From assembly GCF_002087085.1 (NCBI RefSeq), contig NZ_MWQY01000012.1, forward strand, positions 124,001 through 163,418: a stretch of 39,418 nt of DNA. The letters are read 5' to 3'. Position numbers and translations under genes: made by a program. Numbering within the stretch: the stretch's first letter is position 1; every line of letters starts with the position of its first letter. The notes under the pieces are model-generated. The model saw nothing but the letters and a program-made list of their open reading frames with translations. It did no database searches and had not been told where the DNA came from. Of this stretch, positions 27,613 through 35,889 are shown in pieces.

Positions 27613-27615
27613 AGC

Positions 27616-29151
27616 ATGAAAGAGATTGGTGTAAAGCGTGTTTTCGAGCGAATGCGGGGGATCTATACACCCGTTACGGATTTACGCCGTCGCCTGCTTA
27701 TGGAAATCGCCGGATTTGTTCTGGAAGGGAAAGAACCTGCTGCAATCGAAGAAATCCCTTTCAAAGTTATCGAAATGGGTAAACCGACCTATCGCTGCTG
27801 CTCCTACCGGGAGCTGTCTATAATCCGGCAGCGAATACGGCTGGCATTCGGGTTGGCGCTGATTGAAGAGCGGGATAACATCCCAGTTTCGCGGGGAATC
27901 GAAAAAGCCTTCACCGATAGGAAAGTGATCGATGCCCCGTTGGTGCATGTTATTCGTGCCGCTTGTGAAAAATGTCCTGAAGACGTGGTTCTTGTTACCG
28001 ATAAATGCCAGGCCTGCATGGCCCATCCCTGTTCCATTGTCTGCCCCCGGAACGCCATCTCGTTCCCGGAAAGTAAGGCCGTTATCGATCAGGAAAAGTG
28101 CATTAAATGTATGAAATGTGTTCAGGTCTGCCCCTATGCGGCAATCACGAGGATGGTGCGTCCCTGCGCCGAAGCCTGCGGTGTGGATGCGATTGATTCC
28201 GACGACGAAGGTTTTGCCCGGATAAATCATGCAACCTGCGTCAGCTGCGGGTTGTGCATTGTCTCCTGTCCTTTTGCCGCAATAGCGGAAAAATCGGAGA
28301 TTGTTCAGGTGGTTATCAGTCTGCTCCGTAAAAGCAGTCAAAGTAAATTGTATGCCATTGTTGCGCCTTCTTTTCCTGGACAGTTCGGAAGCAAGGTTTC
28401 TCCCGAGATGATTTTCGCAGGGATCAGCAAGCTTGGATTCGACAAGATTATGGAAGTCGCCTACGGTGCGGATTGCGACACGATTCTGCTTGCAGACAGG
28501 TACCGAAAAAAGCAGAGCGGGTTTCTGGGGACCTCTTGCTGCCCTTCGTGGGTCAAGGCGGCACGGGCATATTATCCGGACCTGGCGGAGAATATTGCAG
28601 ACAGTTACACCCCAATGGTGGAAACTGCAAAAAAGATCAAGGAACGGGATGCGGATGCAAAGGTTATTTTTATCGGACCCTGTATCGCCAAAAAAGATGA
28701 AGCCATGAGCGAAGAAGTTGCCGGATACGTTGATCATGTCCTGACCTTCGAGGAACTGGCGGCTTTGTTTGTGACTTTCAGTATCGATTTGCTTTCCCTT
28801 GCGAGGGAGATGCCCGTGGATGATGCCAGTGTCCTGGGCCGGGGATATGCGAATGCAGGAGGTGTCGGCGAAGCTATTATCCGTACAGCTGAAAAAAGCC
28901 ATGGGATAACCGATATTCAGTTTGAACGAGCCGATACCCTGCAGGAATGCAGGGCGATGCTGGAAAGAATCAAGCGCGGAGAGAGAAGCCCGGACCTCAT
29001 AGAGGGAATGGCGTGTCCCGGCGGATGTGTCGGCGGTCCGGGGACGCTGTCATCTCTAAAGCAGGCGGCGCGGCAGGTTACCAGGTTTGCCGAATCCGCA
29101 TCCTTTCATTTTCCCCTTTGTGATGAGGAACCTTCAGTCGGTAATCCGTAA
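27616..29151 (+). CDS. Monomeric [FeFe]-hydrogenase, group B-like, with N-terminal 4Fe-4S domains
   Basis: H-cluster motifs TSCCPSW, GPCIAKKDE and EGMACPGGCVGGPG; RCCSYRE; CQACMAHPCSIVCP, CIKCMKCVQVCP and CVSCGLCIVSCP. Confidence 0.92.
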   Translation: MKEIGVKRVFERMRGIYTPVTDLRRRLLMEIAGFVLEGKEPAAIEEIPFKVIEMGKPTYRCCSYRELSIIRQRIRLAFGLALIEERDNIPVSRGIEKAFTDRKVIDAPLVHVIRAACEKCPEDVVLVTDKCQACMAHPCSIVCPRNAISFPESKAVIDQEKCIKCMKCVQVCPYAAITRMVRPCAEACGVDAIDSDDEGFARINHATCVSCGLCIVSCPFAAIAEKSEIVQVVISLLRKSSQSKLYAIVAPSFPGQFGSKVSPEMIFAGISKLGFDKIMEVAYGADCDTILLADRYRKKQSGFLGTSCCPSWVKAARAYYPDLAENIADSYTPMVETAKKIKERDADAKVIFIGPCIAKKDEAMSEEVAGYVDHVLTFEELAALFVTFSIDLLSLAREMPVDDASVLGRGYANAGGVGEAIIRTAEKSHGITDIQFERADTLQECRAMLERIKRGERSPDLIEGMACPGGCVGGPGTLSSLKQAARQVTRFAESASFHFPLCDEEPSVGNP

Positions 29152-29199
29152 TCCGTCCAGGAAGAGAATTCCAGTATACTATTCGGAGGGAAACCTTGC

Positions 29200-29643
29200 A
29201 TGCCGGGCAGCGAAGATGAGATTATAAACCAGATTGTTTCGGACCTGAACTCCCTGGCCCGCCTGGCTGCTCTGGAGAATGCCTGGGAGACCCGCGGAAT
29301 CGCTGCCATGATGGCGGAGCTGTATCGGTACCGCAGAAGAAGCGAGGGCGAGCCGGTGGAACTGTCGGCGGAATTGCGGGCGGTGGAGCTGTGTCTGAGG
29401 CTGGTCAAGCCCCGGTATGGTGTCGACTGTTCCTGGGACTTCCTTACCTCGGGGGTCGAATCAATCCTGGTTCCCCGGGGAGAACTTCTGCGTCATGTGG
29501 AGGAACAGGTCGCCTGCCGTACAGGCAGAGAAGAGGGTTTCTGGATCCGGATAGAAGCGATTCCGGAGGAAAAGAGCTGCTCAATTCTTGTCAGTGACGG
29601 CCCCGGTCCGGGAGAGCCGGTCCAAATGAGCTACCCCCTGTGA
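29200..29643 (+). CDS. Short degenerate LytS/YesM-type histidine-kinase-like protein (no H-box His, no TM)
   Basis: LNSLARLAALE..AELYRY..VELSAEL..CLRLVKPRYG aligns by eye with the kinase core of the next gene. GGAGG RBS. Confidence 0.7.
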   Translation: MPGSEDEIINQIVSDLNSLARLAALENAWETRGIAAMMAELYRYRRRSEGEPVELSAELRAVELCLRLVKPRYGVDCSWDFLTSGVESILVPRGELLRHVEEQVACRTGREEGFWIRIEAIPEEKSCSILVSDGPGPGEPVQMSYPL

Positions 29644-29650
29644 GGCTCCC

Positions 29651-31162
29651 ATGAAAAATCCTTTCAGCTTTCGCTGGCCCTGGCGGGCCCTGAACATCCG
29701 GAACAAAATGCTTTCCTTTTATGTGGCCATGATATTGATGATCCTCGTCATAAACCTGAGCGTCAGCCTTACCGCTTTCCGCTATATAAAGGTTTTCGAT
29801 GAGAAGCTTTCAGTCTATTACGATATCCAGGAGTACCGCCTGGCCTGGGTGAGCAGCCACGAATCCTTTTTCCGCTATCTCAGGGATCGGGCGCAGGGGC
29901 AGCAGGAACTCTATTTTTCCTCCATTCCTACCCTGTGGCAGTTCTTTCACCAGATGAAGCTGAAGGCGAACACGGGGCTGCAGGCGGAGTTTCAGCTGAC
30001 GGCAATCGAACGGGGAATGACGGAGTTTTTTCGACGTGCCGGGTATGCGATCCGTATGCTGGACAGCGGTGACAGCAATTACTACCGTGCCTATGTGGAT
30101 GCCCGGAGGGTTTATGATTATGTTTCCGGTTACACGGAAATCCTGCTCAATATCAACCTCAATGCCGGAAGCCAGACCTATGCCGTACTTGCCGCCCGGG
30201 CCAATAATGTGCGGATTCTCTCCTTTATTTCCACAGCCGTGGTGGGTGGGGCCTTCTTTCTTTTCGCGGTACTCTTTTCCAACTCAATATCCCGTCCCAT
30301 ACACCGCCTGGCGGAACTCTCCTCCCGGATCGCCGGTGGGGACCTGGAGGTCGAGATTCTTCCCGTGGAGCGTGCGGACGAAGTGGGTACCCTCTTTTCC
30401 TCCTTCAACGCCATGAGCCGGAGTATCAGGCAGATGGTGGAGGGCCTTAAGGAGAAGGCGGATCTGGAACGGCGGCTTCACGAAGAAGAGATCTCCATGG
30501 AGAGGATGCAGCGTTCCCTGCAGGAGGCGCGTTTTATGGGGCTCCAGTCCCAGATCAATCCCCATTTTCTCTTTAACGCCTTGAATACCATCTCCAGGAC
30601 GGCCATGTTTGAAGGGGCCGAGGGGACCAGCGGACTTATAAAGTCTCTGGCGACCCTTTTCCGCTACCATCTGCGGGACCCCCGCAAACGGATCAGTCTG
30701 GCGGAAGAACTTACCATACTGCGGGAGTACCTTTCGATTCAGCAGTACCGCTACGGAGATCGGCTGCGCTACAGTATTGAGTCCTCCGTTCGTACGGAAG
30801 AAATCTATGTTCCTGCGTTTACTCTCCAGCCGCTGGTTGAGAATGCCGTGAAACACGGTATTGAACCCCGGGAGGAGGGAGGTGAAATCTTTGTTGAAGT
30901 ACAACGTCGCAGGAAAAGAATAGAGATACAGGTCCGGGATACGGGATGCGGCATGGACAGTGAAGAAACCGAGGGAATGATCCACGCGTCCCGCGAAAGA
31001 GACGGGGCGGGCATCGGTATTTCCAATGTCAGGGAACGGCTCGCGTTGTTCTACGGCGGTCGCGAGGATTTTCTGGTTACCAGCGAGAAAGGGGTCGGCA
31101 CCACGGTCACCATAAGCATACCGGCGGATAAAAAGGGAGGCGAGGGATGTATACCCTTCTGA
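29651..31162 (+). CDS. YesM/LytS-type sensor histidine kinase
   Basis: 2 TM, HAMP, LQSQINPHFLFNALN, LQPLVENAVKHG, DTGCGM and GIGISNVRERL. Confidence 0.95.
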   Translation: MKNPFSFRWPWRALNIRNKMLSFYVAMILMILVINLSVSLTAFRYIKVFDEKLSVYYDIQEYRLAWVSSHESFFRYLRDRAQGQQELYFSSIPTLWQFFHQMKLKANTGLQAEFQLTAIERGMTEFFRRAGYAIRMLDSGDSNYYRAYVDARRVYDYVSGYTEILLNINLNAGSQTYAVLAARANNVRILSFISTAVVGGAFFLFAVLFSNSISRPIHRLAELSSRIAGGDLEVEILPVERADEVGTLFSSFNAMSRSIRQMVEGLKEKADLERRLHEEEISMERMQRSLQEARFMGLQSQINPHFLFNALNTISRTAMFEGAEGTSGLIKSLATLFRYHLRDPRKRISLAEELTILREYLSIQQYRYGDRLRYSIESSVRTEEIYVPAFTLQPLVENAVKHGIEPREEGGEIFVEVQRRRKRIEIQVRDTGCGMDSEETEGMIHASRERDGAGIGISNVRERLALFYGGREDFLVTSEKGVGTTVTISIPADKKGGEGCIPF

Positions 31163-32673
31163 TAGCTGACGATGAGAGGCTGGAGCGGGAAGCCCTGAAG
31201 TACATTATTCGCCGGGGTACTGCGGAGATCGGAAACATTATCGAAGCTGTAAACGGCAGGGAAGCCATTGAAATTGCAGAAAAGGAAAAGCCGGATATCG
31301 CCTTTCTGGATATAAAGATGCCGGGGATCAACGGCGTTGAGGCGGCACGGCGGCTGAAGGAACTGCTGCCGGCATGCAAAATCGTATTCTTGACCGCCTT
31401 TGATACTTTCGATTATGCCCGGGAGGCCCTGCGTCTGGGGGCTGAGGATTTTCTGGTCAAACCGGTGGAGGATGAACGGGTTCTGGAACTGCTGACTCTT
31501 CTGGCCCGCCGACTCCGGGAGGAGGACCAGGAAAAAAAGAAGCTGGACCGGACTCTGGAAGCCCTGCAAGGCATGATACGGGCCCGAGAAATCGAGCTGT
31601 CCGCACAGCTGGCAACGGGTTTCCTTGATACCCGCAAGCTTGCTGATTTTATCACCCTGCTGGGAATAGAATCTCCGAGGATGGAAATCGCCGTTCTCAA
31701 GGTTGATCTTAAGAGCTACCCCATGCGGGTGGACCGGGAAAAGCACTCGGAGGTCCTGCTCTCCCGCTGCGAACAGCTTCTCCGCAGGGAGGCGGAAAAG
31801 GCGGGAATCCACTGTATTCCCGGCAGGCTGGACAGCGAGATTCTGATGCTGCTGGTCGGCGGAACAGAGGCGGAGACCTTCTTTTCTCCGGAGATTGTGG
31901 AGGATCTGGAACGCTCCGTACAGGAGCAGGTATCCCTGCGGGGGACCCTTACAATCGAGGAAGGAATCAGGGATTTCAGTGATCTTGAACGCCGGCTTGC
32001 CCGGGCTGTGGCTGCCGATGGAGGAAGGACAGGAATCTCGAGCCTCAATATCAAGGAGACCCTGCTGCAGAATATCGAAAGGGGGGAAGAGTCCAATCTG
32101 AACCAGGCCGTGGGTATGGTCTTTCGATGGATGGACTCCCTGCCGGAGAAGGATACGGCCCTGGACAAACTGGATGAGATCCTGGCGGTCCTGAGGCACG
32201 ACCTGTCCCGTCGTTTTCCCAGCCTGGAGCTGCCTTCCTGTGCCCGGGTATCTTTGCGGGAGACCACAGATGAGGAGAGGGAGGCCGTTTTACGGGAGAT
32301 GCTGCGCTGCCTGAGGGACGGGGTGCGACGTCAGGCTGAAATCGGGCACCCGGCGGTACGCTTTGCCATTGATGTCATGAGGCAGAGGTTCCGGGAGGAG
32401 CTTTCGGTGGAGACCATCGCCGGGGAGGCAGGACACTCGCCTTCCCATCTTTCCCGGCTTTTTCGGCAGGAGCTGGGAACGAGTATCCTGGATTTTCTGA
32501 CCCGTCTCAGAATAGACGAAGCCAGGAGACTGCTCCTCAGTGATGTCAGTATGAACATCGGACAGATCGCTGAAGCAGCAGGATACCGAGACCCGAACTA
32601 TTTTTCCCGGGTCTTCCGCCGGGAAACGGGAGTGAGTCCCAGGGAATACCGTTTGTCCGGGAAAAGCGGATAA
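31147..32673 (+). CDS. YesN-type response regulator (REC + AraC HTH)
   Basis: LLIADDE, LDIKMPGING, FLVKP; SPSHLSRLFRQELG and GYRDPNYFSRVFRRETGVSPREYR. GAGGG before ATG; overlaps the kinase end. Confidence 0.95.
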   Translation: MYTLLIADDERLEREALKYIIRRGTAEIGNIIEAVNGREAIEIAEKEKPDIAFLDIKMPGINGVEAARRLKELLPACKIVFLTAFDTFDYAREALRLGAEDFLVKPVEDERVLELLTLLARRLREEDQEKKKLDRTLEALQGMIRAREIELSAQLATGFLDTRKLADFITLLGIESPRMEIAVLKVDLKSYPMRVDREKHSEVLLSRCEQLLRREAEKAGIHCIPGRLDSEILMLLVGGTEAETFFSPEIVEDLERSVQEQVSLRGTLTIEEGIRDFSDLERRLARAVAADGGRTGISSLNIKETLLQNIERGEESNLNQAVGMVFRWMDSLPEKDTALDKLDEILAVLRHDLSRRFPSLELPSCARVSLRETTDEEREAVLREMLRCLRDGVRRQAEIGHPAVRFAIDVMRQRFREELSVETIAGEAGHSPSHLSRLFRQELGTSILDFLTRLRIDEARRLLLSDVSMNIGQIAEAAGYRDPNYFSRVFRRETGVSPREYRLSGKSG

Positions 32674-32847
32674 TTATGGCAGAATTGTCCGATAAAGATT
32701 GTATAATCCAGATTCTGGATTTCTTGACAGAACGAACAGAGGTATTCACGGAATCGAAATGTCCTTGAATAAGATGATTGTCTTTACCCCGGATTCTCAT
32801 GGTCCTCCTATAATAAAATCATAAACCCATTTTTTCAGGAGGTAACC

Positions 32848-33858
32848 ATGAAAAAGAATCTGGTTTTAGTTCTGATCGTACTCTTGACCGCAGCCGGGAC
32901 CCTGTTTGCCGGCGGAGGACAGGAAGGTTCTGGAGGGGCTGCGGAAGCCCAGAAACCCATTGTACTGCGTCTGGCAGAAACCCACGCAGCGGATTATCCC
33001 ACAACCAAAGGGGATTTCTACTTTGCGGACCTGGTAAAGGAACGCACCAACGGACGAATTACCATCGAGGTCTATCCGTCATCCCAGCTTGGAGAGGAAA
33101 AACCGGTAATCGAACAGGTTCAGTTCGGGGCTATCGATTTTACCCGGGTCAGCATTTCTCCCTTGTCGGCATTCTCACCCAACTTCGATGCCCTGCAGAT
33201 GCCCTATCTGTACCGGAACGCAGAGCACATGTGGAAGGTCCTGAAGAGCGATATCGGCAAAGAGTTCCTGGAGAGCCTTGAGCCCGCCAACTTTGTCGGC
33301 CTTGGATGGTTTGAATCCGGCGCCCGCAGCTTCTACAACTCCAAACGGGAGGTAAAGACTCCCGCAGATCTTAAGGGGATGAAGATCCGGGTCCAGCAGG
33401 CGGACATCATGGTGAATATGGTTAACGCCCTGGGTGCCGTTGCCACCCCCATGCCCTTCGGCGAGGTATACTCCGGACTTCAGACCGGTGTAATCGACGG
33501 AGCCGAAAACAACTGGCCCAGCTACTATTCCACCAGCCATTATGAGGTGGCGAAGTACTATACCCTGGACGCCCATACCCGGGTTCCGGAGATTATCATT
33601 GCCAGCAAGATCAGCATGGACAAGCTCTCCGCGGAGGATCAGGAGATCATTCGGGAGGCAGCCTGGGATTCCATGGATTACCAGCGCCAGCAGTGGGCGG
33701 ACTATGTAAAGGTCGCGGAAGAGAAGATCCGCGCCGCCGGTAATGTTATTACCGAGATCAAGGACAACTCTGCCTGGCAGGCAGCTATGCAGCCCATGTA
33801 CAATGCCCTGAGCCCCGAGCTGCAGGAAGTCGTCAAGAAGATCCGGGCAGTCAAATAA
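32848..33858 (+). CDS. dctP: TRAP transporter substrate-binding protein
   Basis: Signal peptide (..LFAGG), YPSSQLGEE, DLKGMKIRV and EVYSGLQTGVIDGAENN; AGGAGG RBS. Confidence 0.95.
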   Translation: MKKNLVLVLIVLLTAAGTLFAGGGQEGSGGAAEAQKPIVLRLAETHAADYPTTKGDFYFADLVKERTNGRITIEVYPSSQLGEEKPVIEQVQFGAIDFTRVSISPLSAFSPNFDALQMPYLYRNAEHMWKVLKSDIGKEFLESLEPANFVGLGWFESGARSFYNSKREVKTPADLKGMKIRVQQADIMVNMVNALGAVATPMPFGEVYSGLQTGVIDGAENNWPSYYSTSHYEVAKYYTLDAHTRVPEIIIASKISMDKLSAEDQEIIREAAWDSMDYQRQQWADYVKVAEEKIRAAGNVITEIKDNSAWQAAMQPMYNALSPELQEVVKKIRAVK

Positions 33859-33883
33859 GGCTCCCAGGAACAGTGAACGGAAC

Positions 33884-33927
33884 ATCTTCGTCCCGCCTCT
33901 TGAATGGGGGTGGGGCGAAGATTTTTT
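33884..33927 (+). terminator. Intercistronic stem-loop after dctP (partial terminator or mRNA stabiliser)
   Basis: ATCTTCGTCCCGCCTCT-TGAAT-GGGGGTGGGGCGAAGAT, a 17-bp stem with G-U pairs, followed by a T run. Confidence 0.65.
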
Positions 33928-33981
33928 CTCCTTTCCGTTCTGTCTTCCGGGAGCAGAGTTTTACGATTTTCAGGAGGAAAA

Positions 33982-34530
33982 ATGCTGCAAGGTATAGTGA
34001 GGTTTTTTAACCTTCTTCACATACTTCTGGTGGTATTCGCCAAGATTCTGCTGGTGGTAATGGTATTGACGATCTTTGCCAATGTTGTACTGCGCTACGG
34101 TTTCAGCTCCGGTCTGCAGTGGTCGGAGGAACTCGGGCTTCTGATGGCGGTCTGGTTCAGCTTTATCGCCATGGTGCTGGGGGTCAAGCAGAATCTTCAT
34201 ATTCATATAACCCTGCTCCCGGAAAACAAGCTTCCACCTCTGGTGGATATGATTCTGAGGAAGATCAACGATTGTGTAATCATCTTTGTCGGTTTTATTT
34301 TTCTGCGCTGGGGGATTCCCTTGGTTGCCTTTACGATGCGCTCCATACTGCCGGCATCCCATGTTCCCGCAGGCTGGCTCTATATAATAATGCCGGTATG
34401 CGCGGTTTTTCTGATGTACGAAGGTCTGACGGATCTTCTGGGTATCGATACGGACGATAAGGCGGTGGACGGTTATCTGCTTGGGACCGTCTCCCTGGGC
34501 AGGATACTGAAGGGGGGCAAAAATGGGTGA
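33982..34530 (+). CDS. dctQ: TRAP transporter small permease
   Basis: NVVLRY, WSEEL and HIHI; 4 TM; AGGAGG before ATG 33982. Confidence 0.93.
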   Translation: MLQGIVRFFNLLHILLVVFAKILLVVMVLTIFANVVLRYGFSSGLQWSEELGLLMAVWFSFIAMVLGVKQNLHIHITLLPENKLPPLVDMILRKINDCVIIFVGFIFLRWGIPLVAFTMRSILPASHVPAGWLYIIMPVCAVFLMYEGLTDLLGIDTDDKAVDGYLLGTVSLGRILKGGKNG

Positions 34531-35833
34531 TACCAGTGTTGCCATCGGCCTCCTGCTGGGAATCTTCGGTGTTCTCCTGGTTCTCCGGGTTTCGATTACC
34601 TTTACCCTTGCCTGTGCCTCCATTGTTACCGCCCTATATCTGAATATTCCCCTGATGGCTATAATCCAGCGCATGGTTCAGGGGGTTAACTCCTTTTCCC
34701 TGCTGGCGATTCCCTTCTTTATTCTGGCAGGAGAGATCATGGGGCAGGGGGGTATCTCCCGCAGACTGATCCAGTTTTCCAACCTGCTGATAGGCCGCCT
34801 CAGGGGCGGACTGGCCCAGGTAAACGTACTGGCGAGCATGTTTTTCGGGGGGATTTCCGGCTCCGCTGTGGCGGATGTCTCGTCCATCGGAACGATCATG
34901 ATTCCCATGATGAAGCAGAAGGGCTATGATGCCGACTATTCCACGGCGGTTACTGTAACCAGCGCCTGCCAGGGAATCATTATTCCCCCCAGTCACAACA
35001 TGATTATCTACAGCCTTGCCGCAGGGGGGGTCTCCATCGGAAGGCTCTTTCTGGGAGGCTTCATTCCCGGTGTACTCCTGGGTGTCGCCCTGATGATCAT
35101 AAGCTGGATTATTGCGGTTAAACGGAATTATCCCAAGGAGGAGAGATACTCCCTGAAAGAGGCCCTGATAATTACCAAGGACGCCCTCCTCGGGCTCCTG
35201 ACGGCGGTAATCATCATAGGAGGGGTAATCAGCGGGGTATTCACCGCCACCGAATCAGCGGCCATAGCGGTTGTATACGCCTTTATTATTACCTTCTTTG
35301 TCTATAAGGAGATCAAGCTTTCTGAGTTCAAGCGGATACTCTACTCATCCCTGAAGACCCTGGCCATGGTCATGAGCCTCATTGCCGCAGCCAGCGCCTT
35401 CGGTTACCTGATGGCTTACCTTAAGATCCCTGCAAAGGCAACGGAGGCTCTTCTGGGAATAACCCAGAACAAGGTTGCCCTGCTCCTGCTGATCAACCTG
35501 CTGCTGCTCCTGTTGGGGATGATCATGGATATGGCCCCGCTGATCCTGATAACAACCCCGATACTGTATCCCGTTGTGGTGGGTGCCCTGGGGATGAATC
35601 CGGTACACTTCGGGATCATGCTGATGCTGAACCTGGGAATCGGTCTCTGTACGCCGCCAGTTGGTTCCGCCCTCTTCGTCGGCTGTGCCGTGGGCCGGGT
35701 CTCCATGGAAGAGGCCACCAAAGCGATGCTGCCCTTCTATATTATGATGATTATCGTTCTGTTGATGGTCACCTTCCTGCCGGACCTGGTCATGCTGGTC
35801 CCCAATGTGCTGATGCCCATGACGGCGGGGTAA
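34523..35833 (+). CDS. dctM: TRAP transporter large permease
   Basis: LLAIPFFILAG, GGISGSAVAD, IIPPS, FTATESA and TPPVG. Confidence 0.96.
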   Translation: MGDTSVAIGLLLGIFGVLLVLRVSITFTLACASIVTALYLNIPLMAIIQRMVQGVNSFSLLAIPFFILAGEIMGQGGISRRLIQFSNLLIGRLRGGLAQVNVLASMFFGGISGSAVADVSSIGTIMIPMMKQKGYDADYSTAVTVTSACQGIIIPPSHNMIIYSLAAGGVSIGRLFLGGFIPGVLLGVALMIISWIIAVKRNYPKEERYSLKEALIITKDALLGLLTAVIIIGGVISGVFTATESAAIAVVYAFIITFFVYKEIKLSEFKRILYSSLKTLAMVMSLIAAASAFGYLMAYLKIPAKATEALLGITQNKVALLLLINLLLLLLGMIMDMAPLILITTPILYPVVVGALGMNPVHFGIMLMLNLGIGLCTPPVGSALFVGCAVGRVSMEEATKAMLPFYIMMIIVLLMVTFLPDLVMLVPNVLMPMTAG

Positions 35834-35856
35834 AAACCTGCAGATACTTTCAGCAT

Positions 35857-35889
35857 AACCCCGGTCAGCAGACGGCCGGGGTTTTTTTT
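35857..35889 (+). terminator. Rho-independent terminator after dctM, between convergent genes
   Basis: AACCCCGGTC-AGCAGAC-GGCCGGGGTT followed by a T run. Confidence 0.8.

Noticed and set aside
27682..28902. 406-aa minus-strand ORF
   Set aside because: Antisense to the hydrogenase, with no motifs.
31051..32199. 382-aa minus-strand ORF
   Set aside because: Antisense to the YesN-type regulator.
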